From the NCBI GenBank assembly GCA_946410595.1, contig CAMKAU010000001.1, forward strand, positions 10,267-74,266: a stretch of 64,000 nucleotides of DNA. The letters are read 5' to 3'. A program made the translations under genes and the position numbers. The DNA is from an uncultured Clostridia bacterium. GTDB taxonomy: Bacteria; Bacillota; Clostridia; Oscillospirales; CAG-272. The notes under the pieces were generated by a model. It ran no database searches. It saw nothing but the letters and a program-made list of their open reading frames with translations, and was not told the origin of the DNA. Below are positions 45,242 through 52,499 of the stretch, one piece after another. Every line of letters starts with the position of its first letter. Within the stretch, counting starts at the first letter, position 1.

Positions 45242-46333
45242 ATGAACGCTTATCTCCTGATCCAGAAAAACAACGCGGATACGCACTGGACCTCCCTTTA
45301 TATCCGCGGGATCAAGCTGGAAGCCAAAAGCAGGGGCTACGACCTGATCTGCGGCGAATCGGACGGGGAGACGCTCCCGCCCGATTTTGAGAACGCTTCC
45401 GTCGTGCTTTGCGCCGGCGCCTCCTTCGGCTGGATGAAACTGGTGACCGAGATGCTCCGCTACCGCGGGAAAAAGCCGGTCTTGGTCGGCTGCGCCCACC
45501 AGAACGGGATCATCGCCTCCGGCTTTTCGGTGGCGGATTACGAGCTGGCGACCTACGACGTGCTCAATTACTTTTATCAGTATAACAAAAAGCGGGTGGC
45601 GCTGCTCGGCATCAATTCCGACTCGGCGGCCGACCTGCTCAAGATGAAGGCCTTTCTCAATTACCGCGGCGGCGTGTTCGGGTATGACGACGTTTTCTTT
45701 TTCCGCGGGCAGACGCGCAACGTGTGCGAGAGTCTGATCCCCCTCATCTCCTCCTACGACGCGGTGATCAGCGCCAACGACGTGACCGGCCTGATGCTGG
45801 TCAAAACGCTGGAAAAAGCCGGCGTGAAGATCCCGGAGGATCTCTTTGTCGCCAGCTTCGGCGATATGACCTACCGCAGCAACCTTTCCTCGCAGCTGAC
45901 CGTCGCGGTGCTGGACAGCGTAAAGGTGGGGCGCAAGGCCGTTTCCATCTACGCGGACGTTTCCGCCGATCCTTCTCTCTCCTATATCACGATCAAAAAC
46001 CGCTGCGAGATCGATATCCGCCGCTCCACCGGCGTTCTCCCCTTTAATATCCCGCCGGAGGCGCCGGAAAAGCGCACGCCCCCTCCCTTCGATCTCTACG
46101 CGGACGGCCCTCTGACCGAAATGATGCTCGCCGAGCAAATCTTTTCCGATTGCGACGCGCTGGATCTTGAGATCCTGCTCTGGATCCAGAAGGGCAAAAA
46201 GAACGCCGACGTCGCGGAGATCCTGCACACGTCGGAAAGCACGGTCAAATACCGGATCAAACGGATGCTGACCCGCGCCCGCCTTGCAAGTCGCAAGGAG
46301 CTGATGGCCATAATGTCCGCTTATTTGCGTTGA
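45242..46333 (+). CDS. Hybrid regulator: LacI/PBP1-type ligand-binding domain with C-terminal LuxR/GerE-type HTH
   Basis: GGAGGG RBS before ATG 45242. The N-terminal ~290 aa resembles the sugar-binding core of LacI-family repressors but lacks an N-terminal HTH. The C-terminus ADVAEILHTSESTVKYRIKRML is a GerE-type HTH. Confidence 0.8.
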   Translation: MNAYLLIQKNNADTHWTSLYIRGIKLEAKSRGYDLICGESDGETLPPDFENASVVLCAGASFGWMKLVTEMLRYRGKKPVLVGCAHQNGIIASGFSVADYELATYDVLNYFYQYNKKRVALLGINSDSAADLLKMKAFLNYRGGVFGYDDVFFFRGQTRNVCESLIPLISSYDAVISANDVTGLMLVKTLEKAGVKIPEDLFVASFGDMTYRSNLSSQLTVAVLDSVKVGRKAVSIYADVSADPSLSYITIKNRCEIDIRRSTGVLPFNIPPEAPEKRTPPPFDLYADGPLTEMMLAEQIFSDCDALDLEILLWIQKGKKNADVAEILHTSESTVKYRIKRMLTRARLASRKELMAIMSAYLR

Positions 46334-46378
46334 TTTTTCCTTTGATTTGGATTTTTTTGAATTATTTCCGGCAAGGTC

Positions 46379-46407
46379 TTGCATTTTTTCTCTGTTTATG
46401 GTATGAT
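46379..46407 (+). promoter_or_regulatory. Putative promoter of citrate synthase gene
   Basis: TTGCAT, 17 nt, TATGAT, with TGg extended -10. Confidence 0.55.
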
Positions 46408-46444
46408 AACGGCACCTGGTATCAGGCGCCGTTTTCTTTTTTTT
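46408..46444 (+). terminator. Intrinsic terminator downstream of the regulator gene
   Basis: 10-bp stem (one mismatch) aacggcacct/aggcgccgtt followed by a 13-nt T-rich tract. Confidence 0.8.
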
Positions 46445-46453
46445 CAGGAGGTC

Positions 46454-47836
46454 ATGATGGCTTACGATCCTTCCCTTTTGGATACTTTTGCGGAACATTC
46501 CGGCCTTTTTGTCGATCTGGTGGAAAGCAGCCGGAATCATTACGCGATTTCGCCTTCCGTCTTTTCGAGCAATTATATCAAGCGCGGTCTGCGCGAGGCG
46601 GACGGAACCGGCGTGATCGCCGGCATCACGCGGAAAGGCAACGTACACGGATATATCGTTTCCGAGGGGGAGCGCATCCCCGCGCCGGGCGAGCTCTTTT
46701 ACTGCGGATATAACGTGGAGGATCTCGTCAACGCCTTTATGTCCGAAGGGCGCTTCGGCTTTGAGGAGACGGCGTTTCTCCTTCTCTTCGGCCATCTTCC
46801 CTCCGAGGAGGAACTGGACTCCTTCGACCGGATCATGGACGCCTGCCGTTTTCTCCCTCCCCGCTTTACCGAAGATATCATCATGAAGGCGCCGTCCTCC
46901 TCCGTGATGAACAAGATGGCGACCGGCGTTCTGGCGCTTTACGCCTACGACGACAACCCGGAAGATCCCTCCCTTGAAAATATCATGCGCCAGAGCATCG
47001 AGCTGATCGCGCGTCTGCCGATCATCGCCGCGCACTCCTACGCCGTTTACCGCAACGTGTTCCGCGGCAAGAGTCTGACGTTGCACAACCCGCGCAACAA
47101 CCTCTGCACAGCGGAAAACTTCCTGCGGGTGCTGCGCTCGGATAAATCCTACACGGACGAAGAAGCGAAGCTGCTCGATCTTTGCCTCGTGCTGCACGCG
47201 GAGCACGGCGGCGGCAACAACTCGACCTTCTCCACCCGCGTTATCTCCTCGACCGGCTCGGACACCTACAGCGCGATCGCAACGGCGATCTGCTCCCTGA
47301 AGGGTCCCCGCCACGGCGGCGCGAATATCAAAGCTCAGCAGATGTTTGACGACGCAAAAGCGAATATCCTCAACCCGAAGGACGACGGAGAGGTCAGGGA
47401 CTATCTCGTGAAGATCCTGCGGGGCGAAGCGGGAGACGGCAGCGGTCTGATTTACGGAATGGGACACGCCGTTTACACGCTCTCCGACCCGCGCGCCGTG
47501 ACGCTGAAGCGTTACGCGCGTTCCCTTGCCGAAAAGAAAGGGTACGGCGAGGATTTTGAACTGCTCGAAAGGATCGAGCGGCTGAGCCCCGGGGTCTTTT
47601 CCGAGGAGAGAAAGCTCAATAAACCCCTCTGCGCCAACGTCGACCTCTACTCCGGGCTCGTCTACCGGATGCTCGATATCCCGACCGAAATGTTCACCCC
47701 TCTCTTTGCCATCGCCCGTGTGGCCGGCTGGTGCGCGCACCGCATCGAGGAAGCCGCGCAGAGCAAGATCATCCGCCCGGGCTACAAGTGCATCGCCAAA
47801 GAGACCCGCTACGTTCCGCTCTCTGAGAGAAGCTGA
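46454..47836 (+). CDS. Citrate synthase
   Basis: HAEHGGGNNSTF and GMGHAVY catalytic regions. AGGAGG RBS. Start is ATG 46454 or 46457. Confidence 0.93.
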   Translation: MMAYDPSLLDTFAEHSGLFVDLVESSRNHYAISPSVFSSNYIKRGLREADGTGVIAGITRKGNVHGYIVSEGERIPAPGELFYCGYNVEDLVNAFMSEGRFGFEETAFLLLFGHLPSEEELDSFDRIMDACRFLPPRFTEDIIMKAPSSSVMNKMATGVLALYAYDDNPEDPSLENIMRQSIELIARLPIIAAHSYAVYRNVFRGKSLTLHNPRNNLCTAENFLRVLRSDKSYTDEEAKLLDLCLVLHAEHGGGNNSTFSTRVISSTGSDTYSAIATAICSLKGPRHGGANIKAQQMFDDAKANILNPKDDGEVRDYLVKILRGEAGDGSGLIYGMGHAVYTLSDPRAVTLKRYARSLAEKKGYGEDFELLERIERLSPGVFSEERKLNKPLCANVDLYSGLVYRMLDIPTEMFTPLFAIARVAGWCAHRIEEAAQSKIIRPGYKCIAKETRYVPLSERS

Positions 47837-47838
47837 CC

Positions 47839-48276
47839 GTGAAACGCGAGCCGCTCCTTGTCAGCGCCTGCCTGCTCGGGTACGCCTGCCGCTATGACGG
47901 AAAAAGCGTCCCCGCTTCCTTGCCGGAGGGGCTCTCGCTCCGCTACCGGCTGATCCCCGTCTGCCCGGAGCTGGCGGGGGGACTTTCCCTCCCGCGTCCG
48001 CCCGCGGAGATCTCTGCCGACGGCGAGGTGAAGACAAAAGACGGGCGCTCTGTTACCCGCGAATACCGCGAGGGCGCGGCGCGTACGCTGGCTCTTGCCT
48101 GCTCCCTCGGCTGCCGGAAAGCGCTCTTAAAAGAAAAAAGCCCCTCCTGCGGAGCCCGTTTCGTCCACGACGGTCTGTTTTCCGGCAAGACGGTCCCGGG
48201 CCGCGGCGTGACCGCCGCTCTGCTTGCGGATAACGGGATCGCCGTTTATTCGGAAGAAGAAGCAGATAAACTCTAA
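47839..48276 (+). CDS. DUF523 (YbbK/TudS-like) protein
   Basis: LVSACLLGYACRYDG and CPELAGGLSLPRPPAEI motifs. GTG start lies 2 nt after the citrate synthase stop. Confidence 0.85.
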   Translation: MKREPLLVSACLLGYACRYDGKSVPASLPEGLSLRYRLIPVCPELAGGLSLPRPPAEISADGEVKTKDGRSVTREYREGAARTLALACSLGCRKALLKEKSPSCGARFVHDGLFSGKTVPGRGVTAALLADNGIAVYSEEEADKL

Positions 48277-48281
48277 AAAAA

Positions 48282-48315
48282 GACGCCGCCCGTTTGCGGG
48301 CGGCGTCCTTTTTTT
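48282..48315. terminator. Bidirectional terminator
   Basis: 11-bp stem gacgccgcccg/cgggcggcgtc flanked by A7 and T7. Confidence 0.85.
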
Positions 48316-49982
48316 CAGTTTTCCGGGACGCGGAGCATCCCCTCAAGTTCCCGCAGCGTCGAAGATAACGGCTCCGGGTATGCGCTCGGATCGGAGATCC
48401 GGTCGGGGTAAAGCTCCGCGCCGAGCGCGCGCAGCTCTCCAAGCGCGGTAACCGCCAGATCGAGCATCCGCTCCAGCTTGAAATCTCCGCCCGCCGCGGC
48501 CTTGCGGTAGCGGGCGCGGATCGTTTCGCTCTTTTCCGGGCTGATGATGCCAGCTTCGGCGCAGCGTTCCGTCAGCTCTCCGACGAGCGCGTCCGCCGCC
48601 TTGCCGAACAGGATCGTCCTGTTGAAGCGGTCGAGGATCCGTCCGCAGGCAAGGACCGTCTCTTTGTTTGCGACGGGGTCGAAATCCGCGCCAAGCCCGT
48701 CTAACTTCTCCAAAAAGGACAGGTCTTTGGCCGATTCGACCAGCGCCGATTTCTCCCGCTCGCGCTGCTCGGGCGAAGCGGCGGAAAGGGCGGCGGCGTC
48801 CGGGTAAACGAGATCGGCGATCTCCTCCGAGCCCCCGAGCGCCGAGAGTACGCTGTCGATCACCGAGCGCGAGGCGGCGGCTGTGAGCCCGTCGAGACCG
48901 GGGGAAGAAAAGAGGGTATCGGCTATGGCGCCGAGCGTTTCGGGATCCTCCAGCAACGCCTCGGGCGACCCGTCTTCGCTGAAGAGGGTCATATATCCCT
49001 TTTCGGCGAAGAGGGCGACGGTATTGCCGAAGGAAAGGTAAAGGTCGCCGACGGTTTCCGTGTCCACGGTTTCAAGGAAGTTGACGATCGCGCCGGACAG
49101 CTCGCCGCCTTCCTCTTCTCCTTCGGGAAGACGAATGCCGAGCCAGGGCTCCCCCTGCTCCCGCGCGGAGCGGATCGACTCCGCCGCGAGAACGCCGGCG
49201 GCGCGGCCGAGCGCGGAGCCGGACAGCGTTTCCGCGATCTCTCTGATCAGAACGGCGTCCTCTTTATCCCACGTCTGCGGGTCCTTTTCGAGCAGTTCCC
49301 CGCCGTCAAAAAGGAGAACGCCGACAAGCGCCGTTTCCGTTTCGTCGGCAAGGCAAACCGTTTCTCCCGCCACTTCGATCTCGGTCATACCCGAAAAAAC
49401 CGAATACGCTCCTATCGCGCCCATCGCGCCGTCCGCCTTTTCCCCGAGGAGGGTAAAGGACTTTTCCTCGGCGGGAAGATCGGATTTTTGCAGAACGGAA
49501 CGCGCCATCACACCGTATCCGTACAGCGGGAGCGAGACGGCGGCAACGAAAAAGCAGGCGGAAAGCAGACCGATCAGCGCGCCGGAAATCCGGCTGACGG
49601 CGGAGAGCGGCTTGTCCTTCGGCTCGATCCGCCGGGCCATCACAAGGCAGACGACAAGGGTGAGAAAGGCGAAAAGAAGAAAGAGAAGCAAAAAGAAGAC
49701 GGGCGCGGTAAGCGCGGAGAGGATCCCTCCGAGAAAGGCGGAAAACTCCCGCGGAACGGAGGCAAAGAGGTCCTCTTTCCCGGCGACAAGCAGGCCGGCT
49801 GAGACCAGACCTCCGCCCAGCAGCCGCGCCAGCGGCGGGGCGAGAAAATAGGCGCCGACCGCCGAGATGATCAGCGCGCCGAAGCGGATCAGCGCGTTCT
49901 TCCATCCCCGGAACAGAGAAACGAGGCAAAACAGGAAAGCTACAACCGCCGCCGCGATCCAGAAAATCAGAGCCGAATTCAT
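48315..49982 (-). CDS. Hypothetical membrane protein (CvpA-like N-terminal TM bundle plus ~400-aa acidic soluble domain)
   Basis: Start at MNSALIFWIAAAVV (49982) with AAAGGAGAG upstream. The track ORF start at 50252 would read through a promoter and the repeat array. Confidence 0.75.
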   Translation of the reverse strand: MNSALIFWIAAAVVAFLFCLVSLFRGWKNALIRFGALIISAVGAYFLAPPLARLLGGGLVSAGLLVAGKEDLFASVPREFSAFLGGILSALTAPVFFLLLFLLFAFLTLVVCLVMARRIEPKDKPLSAVSRISGALIGLLSACFFVAAVSLPLYGYGVMARSVLQKSDLPAEEKSFTLLGEKADGAMGAIGAYSVFSGMTEIEVAGETVCLADETETALVGVLLFDGGELLEKDPQTWDKEDAVLIREIAETLSGSALGRAAGVLAAESIRSAREQGEPWLGIRLPEGEEEGGELSGAIVNFLETVDTETVGDLYLSFGNTVALFAEKGYMTLFSEDGSPEALLEDPETLGAIADTLFSSPGLDGLTAAASRSVIDSVLSALGGSEEIADLVYPDAAALSAASPEQREREKSALVESAKDLSFLEKLDGLGADFDPVANKETVLACGRILDRFNRTILFGKAADALVGELTERCAEAGIISPEKSETIRARYRKAAAGGDFKLERMLDLAVTALGELRALGAELYPDRISDPSAYPEPLSSTLRELEGMLRVPEN

Positions 49983-50036
49983 CGCTGCGTTCTCTCCTTT
50001 CATACAAAGAATGGCGTTCCATTTCCCTTTTCTTTT

Positions 50037-50064
50037 ATTATACACCCTTTTTCCAAAAAGTCTA
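50037..50064 (-). promoter_or_regulatory. Putative promoter of the CvpA-like gene
   Basis: Minus strand: TAGACT, 16 nt, TGTATAAT (extended -10). Confidence 0.5.
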
Positions 50065-50095
50065 CCCTTTTGAGAAAAGAGAAAAGGGAGACGCG

Positions 50096-50295
50096 TTCGC
50101 CGAACGCCATCCGGGCGCTCGGCGAATGATGTGTTCCGCGAAGCGGAAGGTGATGCCCCCTGCGGGTATGATGCGAGGCTCCGCCTCATGATGCGCGCTT
50201 CGCGCATAGGCGGAACACGTCGCATCATGGCGACCGGAGGGAGCCGCATCATTTTTGCCGAAAGGTAAAAACCCCGTTAGGGCAAACATCATTTC
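50096..50295. ncRNA. Candidate structured RNA or nested inverted-repeat array (ATGATG x4 then CATCAT x3 with GC mini-hairpins)
   Basis: Hexamers at 50126, 50150, 50168, 50188 (ATGATG/GTGATG) and 50223, 50247, 50287 (CATCAT). Nested complementarity 1:7, 3:6 and 4:5. The transcribed strand is unknown. Confidence 0.3.
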
Positions 50296-50337
50296 TTCCT
50301 AAGCGTTTGGCGCACGAACGTCCTGCTCAGGATATAG

Positions 50338-50385
50338 AAAAAACCGGCTGAAATAAGGGATTGTTCCTTACTTCAGCCGGTTTTT
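50338..50385 (-). terminator. Terminator at the end of the 12.5-kb ABC operon (works in both orientations)
   Basis: Stem ccggctgaa ... ttcagccgg with an inner aagg/cctt extension, flanked by A6 and T5. Confidence 0.8.
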
Positions 50386-50434
50386 ATAAACCGTACTCAG
50401 GAGCGCCTTTCGCTTGCGTCTCCTTTTTTGCGTG

Positions 50435-51484
50435 TTAGCCGACCAGACCGCTGCGCTCGATGCCCTGAACGAGGAACTTCTGGCAGAAGAGGTAGAGGAC
50501 GACCAGCGGAGCGATGATCATCAGTCCGCAGGTATTCCGGATCGCCGACTCGAACAGGTTTTTGCCCGCGTAGGTCGTGGTAAGCGAGCTGGGGATCTGC
50601 ACGATATCCGGCATCAAAACCAGTTTTCTCGCGTTGGCAAAGAACAGATCCGTATAGAAGTTATCGGTCCACTGCCAGCAGAAGGCAAAGAGGAAGATGG
50701 TGACCATCATCGGGATAGAAAGCGGGATGATGATCTGGCAGAAGGTACGGAAGGTGCCGGAGCCGTCCACGTAGGCGGACTCTTCCAACTCGTCCGGAAC
50801 GCCGCGGTAGAACTGCCGCATCAGGAAGATGTAAAGGCCGTTCTTGAACGCGAGACCCGTGATGGAGAGCAGGATCAGAGGCCAGATCCCGTTATCGCCC
50901 GTCAGGTTGACAAGGAAGGACTGATTCCAGGCGCCGAGCTTGTTGAGCAGCCCGAAAAGCCCGAAAACGTCGAAATAACGGAAGTGCATATACATGGAAA
51001 GCTGGACCGTGCCGTGCGGGACGACCATCGTGATGATGACCGCGAGCATCAGCGCCGCGTTCCCTTTGAACTTGAACTTGGCAAGTCCGTAACCGACGAG
51101 GCAACAGATCAGCATCTGCGCGATCGCGGTCGAGAAGGAAACGAGGAAGGTGTAGGCAAACGCCTTCATGTACTGGTTCTCAACGAAGATCGCCTTGTAG
51201 GTGTCGAGCGTCCAGTGCTTCGGGATCAGGAAGACCGTGACGTCGATGAAGTCTTCCTGGCCCATCAGCGAGCCCGCGATCTTGGCAAAGAAGGGGTAAA
51301 GGATGACGTAGGAGATACCGAGAAGCAGGATCAGACGGAAGGCGTACCAAACGACGTTGGTAAGGAAATAGGTGTTGAGGAACTTTGCCTTCAGTCTCTG
51401 GAGGAGAGGCGTACGCTCAAACTCGACCTTGATCTTGTTTTTCGACTCTTTCATGACTTTGGGTGCGGTCGCTTGATTGTTCAT
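50435..51484 (-). CDS. Carbohydrate ABC transporter permease (MalG/UgpE-type), second pair
   Basis: EAA loop ELEESAYVDGSGTFRTFCQIIIPL. 349 aa with an extended periplasmic loop. Confidence 0.9.
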   Translation of the reverse strand: MNNQATAPKVMKESKNKIKVEFERTPLLQRLKAKFLNTYFLTNVVWYAFRLILLLGISYVILYPFFAKIAGSLMGQEDFIDVTVFLIPKHWTLDTYKAIFVENQYMKAFAYTFLVSFSTAIAQMLICCLVGYGLAKFKFKGNAALMLAVIITMVVPHGTVQLSMYMHFRYFDVFGLFGLLNKLGAWNQSFLVNLTGDNGIWPLILLSITGLAFKNGLYIFLMRQFYRGVPDELEESAYVDGSGTFRTFCQIIIPLSIPMMVTIFLFAFCWQWTDNFYTDLFFANARKLVLMPDIVQIPSSLTTTYAGKNLFESAIRNTCGLMIIAPLVVLYLFCQKFLVQGIERSGLVG

Positions 51485-51499
51485 ACTCTTCTCACCTCC

Positions 51500-52483
51500 T
51501 TAATCCTTTCTCTGATAGAAGACGTAAGCTCTTGCGATCAGCGCAAACAGACCGATGATCAGCAAAACGACGAGGAAGTACATCCACGCCATCGCGGAGG
51601 AGACGACCTCTCCGTTCTGGCCGTCGCCGCGCGTCGCTTCGATCAGGCGCATAACGGCGTTGTCTTCGCTTGTGAAGGAGTCGATGACCGAGTAGATCGC
51701 GTTGACGAGGATCATCGGGCTGATCATCGGGAAGGTGATCTTCCAGAAGGTCTCCCACGCGGTCGCGCCTTCCATCTTGCAGGACTCGTAGATCGCGGGA
51801 GAGATGGACTGAAGTCCCGCAAGGAAGATCAGCATCTGAACGCCGGAGCGGTTGACGATATTAAAGATATTGTTGATAATATCTTTTACCGTATCGACAA
51901 GTCCCTCGCCGATCTTCATCCCCGCGAACAGCTTTTCGATATCCATGGCGTCCACGATCTGGGAGGTGGTACTCTCCTTCGTACCGGTATCGATGGAGGC
52001 GCCGCCCTCCGTCATATATTCCAGCATATCGCTGGAAGCGTCGATCTCCGCGATCAGACCGGTGGAAAGAATGACCGGGATGAAAAAGATCGCGCGGAAC
52101 GCGGCGCGGCCGATCATCTTCTGGTTGAGAAGGATCGCCACAAAGAGGGAGAAGATCACGATGGCGGGGATATCTACCAGCATCCCGCCGATCCCTTTGA
52201 TCAGGGTCTGGGTGAAGTCCGGGTTGGTAAAGAGCGCCTCGCGGTAGTTCTCAAATCCGACGAACTCCAGATGATAGGTGGCGCCCCTGTCGCGGACAAT
52301 GTGACTGAAGCTGTACTGGATCGAATTGAAGATGATGGGAAGGTAGATCACCAAAAAGCCGACGATGAAGGGAAGGCAGAAAAACCATCCGGCGCGGGAT
52401 CTTCTCTTCTCCAGAGAGTGATTCTGGCGGCGCTTGGGCGCCGCGGCCGCTTTGGCGGCAGGCTGTGTCGCTGCGTTATTCAT
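51500..52483 (-). CDS. Sugar ABC transporter permease (MalF/UgpA-type), second pair
   Basis: EAA loop YESCKMEGATAWETFWKITFPMISP. 327 aa. Confidence 0.9.
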   Translation of the reverse strand: MNNAATQPAAKAAAAPKRRQNHSLEKRRSRAGWFFCLPFIVGFLVIYLPIIFNSIQYSFSHIVRDRGATYHLEFVGFENYREALFTNPDFTQTLIKGIGGMLVDIPAIVIFSLFVAILLNQKMIGRAAFRAIFFIPVILSTGLIAEIDASSDMLEYMTEGGASIDTGTKESTTSQIVDAMDIEKLFAGMKIGEGLVDTVKDIINNIFNIVNRSGVQMLIFLAGLQSISPAIYESCKMEGATAWETFWKITFPMISPMILVNAIYSVIDSFTSEDNAVMRLIEATRGDGQNGEVVSSAMAWMYFLVVLLIIGLFALIARAYVFYQRKD

Positions 52484-52499
52484 TCTGTCTGTCCCCCTT

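Noticed and set aside
41786-47740. ORFs 41786-44248 (+, 820 aa) and 45110-47740 (-, 876 aa), opposite the DUF5107-like gene, the regulator and citrate synthase.
   Set aside because: Antisense shadows of genes with recognisable domains. They would also run through promoters and terminators.
49983-50292. The N-terminal extension of the CvpA-like ORF to 50252 (MMRLPPVAMMRR...), and the separate 76-aa ORF 50062-50292 (MMFALTGF...).
   Set aside because: Both are created by the repeated ATGATG hexamers of the inverted-repeat array. The extension would cross a promoter-like element, and AAAGGAGAG precedes ATG 49982. Only a marginal RBS precedes 50292. Translation of a small peptide cannot be fully excluded.
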